A DNA stretch of 64,000 nucleotides from Bacteroidia bacterium (GCA_049115495.1 JAGDZV010000001.1:528131-592130), one strand, 5' to 3'; counted from the stretch's first letter, positions 28,180 through 37,496 are shown. Notes: generated by a model from the letters alone, not told the origin. A program made the numbers and translations.

Positions 28180-30285
28180 CTAGGAAATTTTACTCCAATC
28201 TCTAGTAGAATCTTTCATTTTTTCTAAATGAATTCTTAATGATGAATTAGCACCCAAAGTTAAATTAGGATCACTTTCTAAAATGCTTTTGGCACTTTGC
28301 CTTGCAATGGTAATCAATTGATTATCTGTAACTAAACTCGCTATCTTAAGATTTGGCAACCCGCTTTGTTGGGTTCCTGCTATATCTCCAGGTCCGCGTA
28401 ATTCTAAGTCAACTTCGGCAATTTCAAACCCATCGTTGGTTTGCACCATTGTTTCAATTCTTTTTCTACCTTCCCTACTAAGCTTGTGTCCAGTTATTAG
28501 TACACAAAAAGATTTATTTGCTCCACGTCCTACCCTTCCGCGTAGCTGATGAAGCTGACTTAAGCCAAATCTCTCAGCGTTTTCAATAACCATTACCGTG
28601 GCATTTGGCACATCAACCCCTACTTCAATAACCGTTGTAGCTACCATAATTTGCGTTTTACCCATCTTAAATCTTTGCATTTCAAGATCTTTATCATCGG
28701 GTTTCATTCGTCCGTGAACTACGCTTACTTTATACTCAGATTGTGGAAACGCCCTGCAAATACTTTCATAACCTTCCATCAAGTTATTTAGGTCTAGCTT
28801 TTCTGATTCTTCAATTAATGGATATACAATGTAAACCTGACGCCCTTCTTCAATTTGACTTTTAATAAAGCCATGTACCTGTAACCTAGATTTTTCAAAA
28901 AAATGCTTTGTATCAATGGGTTTTCTTCCAGGGGGCAATTCATCTAATACCGAAGTTTCTAAGTCTCCGTAAAGTGTCATTGCCAAAGTACGTGGTATTG
29001 GAGTGGCGGTCATAACCAACACATGCGGAGCAATTTCACTTTTGGTCCAAAGCTTTGCCCTTTGAGCCACGCCAAACCTATGCTGCTCATCAACCGCTGC
29101 CATAGCAAACTCTTTAAACTGAACCTTATCTTCTATTAAAGCATGAGTACCAACTAAAATATGGCACTCGCCATTCAAAAGCTCTTCATGAATAAGTCTG
29201 CGTTCTCTTTGGGGTGTAGATCCTGTAAGTAACCTTACATTTATAGGCAAATCTTTTAATAAATGGCCCAAATTGGTAAAGTGTTGCTTTGCCAAAATTT
29301 CAGTTGGCGCCATCATTGCCGCTTGTTTTCCATTATCAACCGCTAGCAACATTGCCAAAAGTGCTACTAAAGTTTTTCCGCTCCCTACATCACCCTGCAA
29401 TAGCCTATTCATTTGCACCCCCGTTCTTGTAGAATGATGTATTTCTCTAACTACACGTTTTTGAGCTCCGGTAAGCTCAAAAGGCAAAATCTCATTGTAG
29501 AATTTGTTAAAGAATTGGCCTACATTGGGTAATGGGTAGCCTTTTAATTGCGCTTGCCTGCTTTTTGTACTTGACAATATTTGAAGCTGAAGCAACAACA
29601 GTTCTTCAAACTTAAGGCGGTATTTTGCTTTGTTAAGCGCATTTACATCTCTCGGAAAATGAATTTGAAAGAGTGCAATTTTTCTATCAATTAATCGATT
29701 GTCATCTAAAACTTCAGGCGTTAAAAACTCAGAAATTTTGTTTCCATTAGTCTCTAAACAAGTTTTAATCAACTTCTCAATTTGCTTTGAATCAATATTT
29801 TTCTTTTTGAGCTTTTCAGTAGTACTATAAACTGGGCGCAAACCTGAACGACTCTCAATTTTGGATGCCGCGGTAATTGGCTCTAACTCAGGATGAGCCA
29901 TATTAATTCTTGAGCCAAATAAGTTTGGTTTACCAAAAACTATGTAGGGCACACCTGCCTTGAGCGTTTTTTTTATCCAATTAATACCAGCAAACCAAAC
30001 AAGCTCCAAACTTCCTGATTCATCAGTTAAATGTGCAGTAAGTCGCTTTGACCTTCCTGTTGTAATTTCTTCTACCCTTGTGAGCTTGCCCTTTAATTGA
30101 ACTAAAGGTAAGTCTTCTGTTAATTCGGCTACTTTGTAGAATTTTGATCTATCAATATATCTAAAAGGATAATGAGAGAGAAGATCACCAAAGGTCTCAA
30201 TGCCCAACTCTGTCTTTAGTGTCTTTCCTTTTTCAGGCCCTACTCCTTTTAAATACTCTATTGGGGTATCTAAAATATCGCGCAC
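28180..30285 (-). CDS. recG: ATP-dependent DNA helicase RecG
   Basis: Wedge domain, Walker A (GDVGSGKT), DExH (VDEQHRFG), 701 aa. Confidence 0.9.
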   Translation of the reverse strand: MRDILDTPIEYLKGVGPEKGKTLKTELGIETFGDLLSHYPFRYIDRSKFYKVAELTEDLPLVQLKGKLTRVEEITTGRSKRLTAHLTDESGSLELVWFAGINWIKKTLKAGVPYIVFGKPNLFGSRINMAHPELEPITAASKIESRSGLRPVYSTTEKLKKKNIDSKQIEKLIKTCLETNGNKISEFLTPEVLDDNRLIDRKIALFQIHFPRDVNALNKAKYRLKFEELLLLQLQILSSTKSRQAQLKGYPLPNVGQFFNKFYNEILPFELTGAQKRVVREIHHSTRTGVQMNRLLQGDVGSGKTLVALLAMLLAVDNGKQAAMMAPTEILAKQHFTNLGHLLKDLPINVRLLTGSTPQRERRLIHEELLNGECHILVGTHALIEDKVQFKEFAMAAVDEQHRFGVAQRAKLWTKSEIAPHVLVMTATPIPRTLAMTLYGDLETSVLDELPPGRKPIDTKHFFEKSRLQVHGFIKSQIEEGRQVYIVYPLIEESEKLDLNNLMEGYESICRAFPQSEYKVSVVHGRMKPDDKDLEMQRFKMGKTQIMVATTVIEVGVDVPNATVMVIENAERFGLSQLHQLRGRVGRGANKSFCVLITGHKLSREGRKRIETMVQTNDGFEIAEVDLELRGPGDIAGTQQSGLPNLKIASLVTDNQLITIARQSAKSILESDPNLTLGANSSLRIHLEKMKDSTRDWSKIS

Positions 30286-30336
30286 CTTTCAAAAATAAAT
30301 AAGCTCTTATTAAGAGTTCAATAAGAAATCAACCGT

Positions 30337-30951
30337 CTACCTAAATTCTTCTAACGATTTGCCGGTCCATTCAAATGTATTTACAAGATGCTGAATATCT
30401 TTCTCAATATATTCAACCACAGGAGCTAATGAGTCCTTATTGGGTTCGCAATTAAAATACAGCGAAGCACGCAAAAAGTGTTGAGTTGTATCTGTAAGAA
30501 AAAACTGAAGATTTGAAGCTGTATTTCCTCCAATTTTAAAAAGTAAACCACCTGCATCGTAAAGCTGGTTCTCAATACGCTCTTCTGTAATTTTTTCAGC
30601 CATTTTGTTGTGTTCAGAAACAAATGTGTAAGCATCATTTATCAAAAATTGAATATCATCTTCTTCAATAATTGGCTTATAACTTACATGCAGCGTTGCA
30701 TTAAAAGGCTTGTAATCAACATTTAACCAGCAAAACTTTTCATCACCCTTCATATCATTTGTAATCTCAGCATAAGTAGGGTATTCGAAAGTATATGGAC
30801 AATCATTTTCTAGCTGTTTGTAGCTTTTCTCTGGGAAATCAATTCTGTAATAAGCCCTTGGCTTAGGCACATAATCTTGTTCACATGCGGTAAGCCCAAA
30901 CAAAAGCAAAACCAAAAAACCAGCTAGAACCCTATCCATTATGAGCAACAA
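30337..30951 (-). CDS. gldD: gliding-motility lipoprotein GldD (probable)
   Basis: Lipobox LTAC. PKPRAYYRIDFP, CPYTFEYP and GNTASNLQF blocks as remembered for Flavobacterium GldD. Confidence 0.55.
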   Translation of the reverse strand: MLLIMDRVLAGFLVLLLFGLTACEQDYVPKPRAYYRIDFPEKSYKQLENDCPYTFEYPTYAEITNDMKGDEKFCWLNVDYKPFNATLHVSYKPIIEEDDIQFLINDAYTFVSEHNKMAEKITEERIENQLYDAGGLLFKIGGNTASNLQFFLTDTTQHFLRASLYFNCEPNKDSLAPVVEYIEKDIQHLVNTFEWTGKSLEEFR

Positions 30952-31522
30952 CTTCAGTAACCTGTGGAATATTTCTCTTTAAAAGAGCTTCAATACCTGC
31001 CTTTAAGGTAACCGTTGCAGAAGGACAACCAGAGCAAGCACCTTTTAAAGTCAATGACACAACACCACCTTCGTAGCTATTAAAATCAATAGCTCCGCCA
31101 TCCATTTCAACCGCTGGCTTTATATTTTCATTCAAAATGTTTTTGATTTTAACTACTACATCGTCATCATTATCATCCATTTGATAATTGCTGTCTTCGT
31201 AGCTTATATCATCGGTAAACATTTTCTTACCACTTTCAAGAAAATCTTTTAAAAATTTACGCAGGTTAGGAATTAACTCAACCCACATTTTATCCTCAGT
31301 TTTGGTAATGGTTACAAAGTTGTTGGCTATAAACACTCTCTTAACAAAGCCCATTTCAAATAGCTCAGATGCCAATGGCGATTTAGCAGAGTTCTCTAAA
31401 CTGTCAAAATCAAAGGAATGTCCGCGAACTATTAGCTTGTTTACCACAAACTTTAGAGATTCTGGGTTTGGTGTAGCTTCGGCGTAAACAGTAATCGGGG
31501 TATTTTTAGACGTTTCGGTCAT
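30932..31522 (-). CDS. NifU/Nfu-family Fe-S cluster assembly protein
   Basis: Two Nfu-like domains. C-terminal CSGCPSA motif. Overlaps gldD by 20 nt. Confidence 0.75.
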   Translation of the reverse strand: MTETSKNTPITVYAEATPNPESLKFVVNKLIVRGHSFDFDSLENSAKSPLASELFEMGFVKRVFIANNFVTITKTEDKMWVELIPNLRKFLKDFLESGKKMFTDDISYEDSNYQMDDNDDDVVVKIKNILNENIKPAVEMDGGAIDFNSYEGGVVSLTLKGACSGCPSATVTLKAGIEALLKRNIPQVTEVVAHNG

Positions 31523-31572
31523 TTTATTTCGGATTTAAGTAGGAAAAACAATTGAATTAAAAAGTAGTTCTA

Positions 31573-32202
31573 CTACGGTATGTTCATGTACTTATGTGTT
31601 TGCAAAGATATTTTCCATTTCGGATTTTGCTTCACATAATCAATAATCAATGGCAGCATTTCGCTCTCACGGCTCCACTCGGGTTGTAATAATAATTGAC
31701 AAGCTCCATTTACATTAATTGCCTGCTCCTCTGCCCATTTTAGATCTGTTTTGTTAAATATTATAACCTTTAGCTCATGAGCCTTGCCATAAATTTCTGG
31801 TAAAGGTTTTACAAACTTTTTTGGTGAGAGACATATCCAATCCCAATCTCCGGTTAAAGGATAGGCTCCAGAAGTTTCAATATTCAGTTCTAAATTGGCT
31901 TTATGAAGCTCTTCTGTTAAACACTTGCAATCATGCATTAAGGGCTCTCCCCCCGTTACCACAACAAGGCTTGCCTTGGAATTGATTACCCAATCGGCCA
32001 TTTCTTTTGCCTTGTGTATAGGATAACCTTGTGTCCAAGATTCTTTAACATCACACCACACGCAACCTACGTCACATCCGGCAAGACGAATAAAGTAAGC
32101 GGCTTTACCGCTATGCACTCCTTCACCCTGAATGGTGAAGAAATGTTCCATAACGGGATATGGGTTACTAAACTTCTTGAGATTTTCAGGCTTCTTGGCC
32201 AA
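31573..32202 (-). CDS. queE: 7-carboxy-7-deazaguanine synthase
   Basis: Radical-SAM CxxxCxxC variant (CDVGCVWCD), FTIQGEG N-terminus. Confidence 0.85.
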   Translation of the reverse strand: MAKKPENLKKFSNPYPVMEHFFTIQGEGVHSGKAAYFIRLAGCDVGCVWCDVKESWTQGYPIHKAKEMADWVINSKASLVVVTGGEPLMHDCKCLTEELHKANLELNIETSGAYPLTGDWDWICLSPKKFVKPLPEIYGKAHELKVIIFNKTDLKWAEEQAINVNGACQLLLQPEWSRESEMLPLIIDYVKQNPKWKISLQTHKYMNIP

Positions 32203-32207
32203 GATGT

Positions 32208-33083
32208 TTATCTATTTAGAGCCGCTTGATATGTATTGAGCATAAGCCCAACTATAGTCATAGGACCAACCCCACCAGGTACGGGTGTGATATAGCTTGC
32301 TTTGGGTTCAAGAGCTTCAAAATCAACATCTCCTACTAAACGATAACCGCGTTTTCTCGATGCGTCTTCAACACGGTTTATTCCTACATCAATTATAATA
32401 GCACCTTCTTTAACCATGTCAGCTGTTACGAAATTTGGTCTACCTATTGCCGCAACAATAATGTCAGCCGCTTGGCAGAGCTCTTTAAGGTTTTTGGTTC
32501 GGCTATGGCAAACCGTTACTGTGCCATTACCATAGGGGCGAGCCTGAGAAAGTAACACGCTCATTGGTCTTCCAACTATATGGCTTCTACCAATAATAAC
32601 AACATTTTTTCCTTCAGCGCTCAGGTTATAATGCTCCATGATTTTGGTTATACCAAAAGGTGTTGCAGGCAAGTAAGTAGGTAAACCTGCCACCATTTTA
32701 CCTACATTTTGCACATGAAAACCATCAACATCTTTCTCTGGGTCAACGGTTTCAATAACTTTATCTTCAGAAATATGTTTTGGCAAAGGAAGCTGAACTA
32801 TGTATCCATCAATTTCAGAATCATTATTCAGCTTTTCAATTTCACTTAAAAGATCAGCTTCAGATATATCGCTGGCATATTCTTTTAACGTAGATTTATA
32901 ACCTACTTCAGCACAAAACTTTATTTTATTGCCAACATAAGCTTTTGAAGCTGGGTTATTTCCAACCAAAATGGCGGCCAAATGTGGTGGTCTATTACCC
33001 TTGGCCATCATCTCTTCAACCTTCTTTTTTAAATCTTCTTTTATTGCTGCCGAAGTGGCTTTTCCATCTAATATAGTTGCCAT
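32208..33083 (-). CDS. folD: bifunctional methylenetetrahydrofolate dehydrogenase/cyclohydrolase
   Basis: ILDGKA…, YVGNK, PGGVGPMT motifs. Confidence 0.9.
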   Translation of the reverse strand: MATILDGKATSAAIKEDLKKKVEEMMAKGNRPPHLAAILVGNNPASKAYVGNKIKFCAEVGYKSTLKEYASDISEADLLSEIEKLNNDSEIDGYIVQLPLPKHISEDKVIETVDPEKDVDGFHVQNVGKMVAGLPTYLPATPFGITKIMEHYNLSAEGKNVVIIGRSHIVGRPMSVLLSQARPYGNGTVTVCHSRTKNLKELCQAADIIVAAIGRPNFVTADMVKEGAIIIDVGINRVEDASRKRGYRLVGDVDFEALEPKASYITPVPGGVGPMTIVGLMLNTYQAALNR

Positions 33084-33323
33084 TTATTCTACTATTTCTT
33101 CAGAGTTATTATTACTGCTTTTCTTTTTCTTCTTCCTTTTTGAAGGCTCCATCGACTTCGGAAAAAGTCCAAAATCTCTTTTTCTTTTTGCGTTTATTTT
33201 CTTCAGTTGCCTATGATGATATTCTCTACCATTAGCAGGGCACACCTTTTCAGCGCAACCCGTAAAGATCAATAACGCAATTATTGTAAAAACAATAGGA
33301 AGTATGCTTAGTTTACCCTTCAC
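33084..33323 (-). CDS. small basic lipoprotein (paralog 1, KVCPAN motif)
   Basis: Lipobox FTGC followed by AEKVCPANGREYHHRQ. Lys-rich C-terminus (KRKKKKKSS). Confidence 0.4.
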   Translation of the reverse strand: MKGKLSILPIVFTIIALLIFTGCAEKVCPANGREYHHRQLKKINAKRKRDFGLFPKSMEPSKRKKKKKSSNNNSEEIVE

Positions 33324-33605
33324 CTACTTGGTTTGGTGCTTGAATTGTTTCTTCTTTAGTTTAGTTCTAAAGAATCCATACTCAGGTTTACGATGCTTTG
33401 ATTTGTGGTGTTTTTGCCCTTGCCCCCCTCTTCTTCTCATATGATTTATCATAGAATACCTCGCACGTTTTCTATTAAACTGTGCTTTATTATTGGCAGG
33501 GCAAACTTTTGGTTGGCAAGATGTAAGAATTACCGGACCACCAAGCATAAAGAAAACAAGGAAAAATGGCAGTAATCTTTTAAATTTATAAGTTGCGTTT
33601 TTCAA
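33324..33605 (-). CDS. small basic lipoprotein (paralog 2, KVCPAN motif)
   Basis: Lipobox LTSC followed by QPKVCPANNKAQFNRKR. Extremely basic tail (HKSKHRKPEY…KKKQFKHQTK). Confidence 0.4.
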   Translation of the reverse strand: MKNATYKFKRLLPFFLVFFMLGGPVILTSCQPKVCPANNKAQFNRKRARYSMINHMRRRGGQGQKHHKSKHRKPEYGFFRTKLKKKQFKHQTK

Positions 33606-33659
33606 GCGACTATGATTTATTTCAAAACGTGTATTAGCAAAAATAAGACTATAAACGCA

Positions 33660-34301
33660 TCATGGGGCTAAACGGTATTTATCCCATCGATTATTTACCT
33701 TTTCATAAGCTATTCGGTCATGTAATCTAGATGGTCTACCTTGCCAAAACTCAATGTAATTGGGTAAAACTCGATAGCCGCCCCAATGTTCTGGCCTTGG
33801 AACATGCAAACCGCCAAAACTTTTTAACAGCTCGGCAGTAATATTTTGTAGAATCTCTCTTTTGGCAATTTTCTCGCTTTGTGGTGAGGCATGCGCTCCA
33901 ATTCTACTCTTAAAAGGTCTTGAATTGAAGTACTCATCAGACTCAGTAGCACTAACTCGTTCTACATCACCTTCAATCCTTACTTGTCGTTCAAGTTCAG
34001 GCCAAAAAAAGGTCAAACTAGCTTTTGGGTTTGCTTCTAAGTTTTGACCCTTTTTGCTATTGTAATTGGTGTAAAAAACAAAACCATGGTCAACGCCTTT
34101 TAGTAACACCATTCGAGAAGATGGAAAACCTTTTTCATCAGCCGTAGCAATGTTCATCGCCGTAGGTTCTAAAAGGTTTGAATTCAAGGCTTCTTGAAAC
34201 CAAATATTAAACTGTGCTATTGGATCGGCCTTGGTATGAGATTCATTTAACTCCGCCTTGGCATAGTCCTTACGTATGTTTTGAATGGTTTTTTGATCCA
34301 T
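33660..34301 (-). CDS. pdxH: pyridoxamine 5'-phosphate oxidase
   Basis: PdxH FMN-binding split-barrel motifs. C-terminal RxHDR block (PSRLHDRIAY). 213 aa. Confidence 0.9.
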   Translation of the reverse strand: MDQKTIQNIRKDYAKAELNESHTKADPIAQFNIWFQEALNSNLLEPTAMNIATADEKGFPSSRMVLLKGVDHGFVFYTNYNSKKGQNLEANPKASLTFFWPELERQVRIEGDVERVSATESDEYFNSRPFKSRIGAHASPQSEKIAKREILQNITAELLKSFGGLHVPRPEHWGGYRVLPNYIEFWQGRPSRLHDRIAYEKVNNRWDKYRLAP

Positions 34302-34367
34302 AATACAAAGTTAAACTCAATGGAAAGTTTAAGGTTTAAAGTTCAAAGAAGAAATTAATGGATAAGT

Positions 34368-34913
34368 CTAAGGCCAAATGGCCGAAAAATCAACACTGGC
34401 TTTGCATTGGTCAACTTCGAATTCGAAGTGAATGCCTTCACCTTTTGCCGCTAAATAGTAAACCTCTCCTTTGAGTTCATAAATGAACACTTCTGAGCTT
34501 TCAGGATCTACGATGATATAATACTTAACCCCTTCGTTCTCATATAGCTTGTATTTAACCCCTTTATCTCTTTTCGCGGTTGATGGAGATAAAATTTCAA
34601 CTGCTATTGATGGTGCGTATTTTAAAACATCTAGCACTTCATCACCACAAACAACTACCAAGTCAGGTTGTAAAACTGTGCTCTCATCTAAAACGAAATC
34701 AACAAAAATGCTAACCTTACATTTTTCACAATTGTCAAAGGCTTCATCAAAAACCCTGGCGAGCTTAGTGTTGATTTGTTGATGCCTAAAAGAAGGCGCA
34801 GGCGACATGGCATAAGGGATGCCTCGAATAAGCTCCCATCTACCTTCCCATGTCTTCGAATCTTCGTGGGTATACTTCGGGTAATCTTCTGGTTGTAATT
34901 CAACTGCCGCCAT
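34368..34913 (-). CDS. Uma2-family (DUF820) putative endonuclease
   Basis: PD-(D/E)xK-like core (PDLVVV…IAVEILSPST) typical of Uma2. Confidence 0.7.
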   Translation of the reverse strand: MAAVELQPEDYPKYTHEDSKTWEGRWELIRGIPYAMSPAPSFRHQQINTKLARVFDEAFDNCEKCKVSIFVDFVLDESTVLQPDLVVVCGDEVLDVLKYAPSIAVEILSPSTAKRDKGVKYKLYENEGVKYYIIVDPESSEVFIYELKGEVYYLAAKGEGIHFEFEVDQCKASVDFSAIWP

Positions 34914-34926
34914 GTACCAAATATAA

Positions 34927-35679
34927 CTATAAAGCTTTTCTCTTAAACCATTCGTAAAAAACTACACCTGCTGCTACTGAGACGTTTAGTGAGGCGACTT
35001 CACCTTTCATTGGAATTTTGTATTCTACATCAGCAAAATCTGAAATTTCTTTACTCACTCCTTTGCCTTCGTCCCCCATAATTAAGCAAGTAGGGTTGCT
35101 CATATCGGCATCTGCAATTTCAGTTTCAGTTTTTTCATGAATAACGGTTACAAATACTCCCAATTCGCCCAGCTCTTTTAAGGTATCTGAGGTAGTCTTA
35201 GACTGAATCAATGGAATATGATAAATGGCTCCGGCTGAAGACTTAACCACATCTGCGGTAAGCGTAGCACCTGATTTTGACGGAAGAATAATTCCATGTA
35301 CGCCAAAACCGGCTGCAGATCGCATAATGGCGCCTACATTTCTCACATCTGTTACGCCATCTAACCAACAAAGCAAGGGTGTTTCACCTTTATCAAAGGC
35401 ATTAGCCACCACATTGCTAAGTTCAGCAAAAGCTACCGGACTCACAAAAGCCACAATACCCTGATGATTGCCTTTCACCAATCTATCAAGTTTTTGCCTT
35501 GGCCAACGCTGAATATTTATACCTGACCCTTTAAGATCATGCCACATTTTTTTTGAATGCTCTTCAAATTCACCGCTTTGTAAAATCACTTTTTGAATGC
35601 TTTTGCCTTTTGCAATGGCTTCAGAAACTGGGTGATAACCGTAGATAAGAAACTCTTCTTGAGCTGGCTCGTTTTGCAT
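34927..35679 (-). CDS. TrmH/SpoU-family RNA 2'-O-methyltransferase (RlmB-like)
   Basis: SPOUT motifs (GDEGKGVS, VESLNVSVAAGVV) with N-terminal substrate-binding domain. Confidence 0.8.
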   Translation of the reverse strand: MQNEPAQEEFLIYGYHPVSEAIAKGKSIQKVILQSGEFEEHSKKMWHDLKGSGINIQRWPRQKLDRLVKGNHQGIVAFVSPVAFAELSNVVANAFDKGETPLLCWLDGVTDVRNVGAIMRSAAGFGVHGIILPSKSGATLTADVVKSSAGAIYHIPLIQSKTTSDTLKELGELGVFVTVIHEKTETEIADADMSNPTCLIMGDEGKGVSKEISDFADVEYKIPMKGEVASLNVSVAAGVVFYEWFKRKAL

Positions 35680-35788
35680 AGGGCAAAATTACTCGTACAA
35701 TAACGTCATTCGGCACTTCTTGTCCCGAGAAATTCGGTGGATCTTGAATCTGTTGAATTAGAATTAGAATTCGGTTTGGTTCGATCAT

Positions 35789-35803
35789 ACTTGTCATTGA
35801 CAA
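35789..35803. promoter_or_regulatory. 15-bp perfect palindrome CTTGTCAtTGACAAG (candidate operator)
   Basis: Perfect dyad in the 317-bp divergent intergenic region between the TrmH-family gene and the metallophosphoesterase gene. Confidence 0.3.
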
Positions 35804-35837
35804 GAAGAGACATTACCGAGACGTTCGAGAATTTAAA

Positions 35838-35962
35838 GGCTGACTAAAAAGTGTTTGGTCATTCCAAACTTGATTTGGAATCTGCTCATCAGTGTTGCAT
35901 TCAAAAATTACAGATCCTGAATCGAGTTCAGGAAGACATATTTTTTTACTTTTTAGACAGCC
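35838..35962 (+). repeat. MITE-like palindromic repeat element, copy B
   Basis: Terminal inverted repeats ggctgactaaaaag…ctttttagacagcc. Internal hairpins ccaaaCTTGAtttgg and cctgaaTCGAGttcagg. Confidence 0.7.
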
Positions 35963-35996
35963 TGGCAAAGCAACTATGTGAGCTAGCTTTGCCACA

Positions 35997-36497
35997 ATGA
36001 AAATCGGAATCATTAGCGATACACATTCTTATATGGATGACCGTATAAAGCACCACTTGAGTAAATGTGATGAAATATGGCATGCCGGGGATTTTGGTGA
36101 CTATAAGGTGATTGAAGAGTTAAAGGCTATTGCGCCACTAAAGGGTGTTTATGGCAATATTGATGATAAAAATGTTAGGGCTGAATTTTTTGAAGAGTTG
36201 CTTTTTGATTGTGAAGGCATGAAAGTTTACATGCGCCACATTAGTGGATATCCAGGTAAATACAACCCGAAAGCAAAACGCAGAATTAATGAATTAAGAC
36301 CTGAATTGGTGATTGTAGGCCATTCTCACATTTGCAAAATAATTCGCGATCCTTACTTTAATCATATCCATATTAACCCAGGAGCTGCTGGTGTGCATGG
36401 CTTCCATAAAATACGAACACTTGCTCTTGCTGAAATTGAAAATGGAAAGATTACCGATTTAAAAGTGGTGGAATTGGGAAAAAGGGGAAAGCTTTGA
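35997..36497 (+). CDS. YfcE/MJ0936-family metallophosphoesterase
   Basis: ISDTH, GDFGD, GNID, GHSH metal-ligand motifs. 166 aa. Confidence 0.8.
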   Translation: MKIGIISDTHSYMDDRIKHHLSKCDEIWHAGDFGDYKVIEELKAIAPLKGVYGNIDDKNVRAEFFEELLFDCEGMKVYMRHISGYPGKYNPKAKRRINELRPELVIVGHSHICKIIRDPYFNHIHINPGAAGVHGFHKIRTLALAEIENGKITDLKVVELGKRGKL

Positions 36498-36571
36498 AAG
36501 TTCTTTGAGTTTAGGGTTTAGAGTTTCTAGTTCTAAACGCACGCTGCCTGGTGGCTCTTTCAAGTAAAGGT

Positions 36572-36688
36572 GCTGCCTAAAAAATGAAACGTCTTCCTAA
36601 ACTTGATTCAGGATCTGAAGCCAAGAACGCGGTACTCACGATAAGATTCCAAATCAAGTTTGGAATGACATGTTAATTTTTAGACAGC
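36572..36688 (+). repeat. MITE-like palindromic repeat element, copy C (internal core inverted relative to copy B)
   Basis: Ends gctgcctaaaaaa…atttttagacagc. Internal modules cctaaaCTTGAttcagg and ccaaaTCAAGtttgg are reverse complements of those in copies A and B. Confidence 0.7.
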
Positions 36689-36692
36689 TTTT

Positions 36693-37295
36693 CTATTGCA
36701 GATTATCAGCTAGTAAAACTGGAATTCCCAATTTCCCAGCTATCATATCAGCTTCCCTTTTTATTGAATTCAGGCTTGCATGATCAACTATATTAATTCT
36801 GCTGCTATCATTCATCACCAAATTCATCTCGTAACTATCATAGTACTCTGGGCCGTAATTTCTAAAGCGGCCATCGTTATTATGAGTTCTTTGGCTTTCA
36901 ACCGTCTCGGCTAATATCTGAATGGCATAAATATCTCTCAAATTTACCATGTCATCTACTTTACTAAAACCACCTGTTGATGGATGAAACTTTTTATCAC
37001 CTTTCCAAAAAGCACCGGCATCAAAGTCGAATACTATGGCTCTTTTTGAACGCTTGCGCCAAATAACACCAATCACCAAAAAGATCATTGGCACAAAGGC
37101 CATAAAAAAGAAAATGATGGTAATCAAAAACATAAACGATCCAATTATGCCCATCCAAATTAAAAACATAGGGAAAAGCTTGCTCCAACCCGTATTTTCA
37201 TATCGCCATTGGTTGGGGTTATCTGTAACTAGCTTCTTGGTCTTGAAATTGGCTCCACCTTGTTTTAGTGGGCTCCAGTTTATGGTTTTGTCCAT
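36693..37295 (-). CDS. hypothetical membrane protein
   Basis: Two adjacent TM helices. No family recognised. The second Met (MDKTINW) was chosen as start so that it does not overlap the DUF5522 ORF; the ORF-track start is 37334. Confidence 0.35.
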   Translation of the reverse strand: MDKTINWSPLKQGGANFKTKKLVTDNPNQWRYENTGWSKLFPMFLIWMGIIGSFMFLITIIFFFMAFVPMIFLVIGVIWRKRSKRAIVFDFDAGAFWKGDKKFHPSTGGFSKVDDMVNLRDIYAIQILAETVESQRTHNNDGRFRNYGPEYYDSYEMNLVMNDSSRINIVDHASLNSIKREADMIAGKLGIPVLLADNLQ

Positions 37296-37321
37296 GGTGG
37301 CGAAGGTAAAAGTTCCAGTGA

Positions 37322-37492
37322 TTACTTCGGGCACCTCTTATTCCTAACATTGACCCAATCAAAAGGGCAATGCTTACATCGACTTCCACAACAATGACCT
37401 CGTTTTAAATGGTATTTTTCAGTGAATACCAACAATCCATCATCATTGATGTAATAATCTTCGCCTTCAACTATTTTGGGTGGTACAGCCAT
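37322..37492 (-). CDS. DUF5522-family small Cys-rich protein (56 aa), absent from the ORF track
   Basis: Translation MAVPPKIVEGEDYYINDDGLLVFTEKYHLKRGHCCGSRCKHCPFDWVNVRNKRCPK. The YHLKRGxCCGxxCxHCP signature matches DUF5522. Start lies 4 nt after the ABC transporter stop. Confidence 0.5.
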   Translation of the reverse strand: MAVPPKIVEGEDYYINDDGLLVFTEKYHLKRGHCCGSRCKHCPFDWVNVRNKRCPK

Positions 37493-37496
37493 AGTT

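Noticed and set aside
32971-33216. 81-aa plus-strand ORF and apparent poly-K/poly-F low-complexity run
   Set aside because: It is the antisense frame of the folD end and the small lipoprotein gene. AAG/CTT runs come from the Lys-rich tail of the minus-strand protein, so this is not a separate feature.
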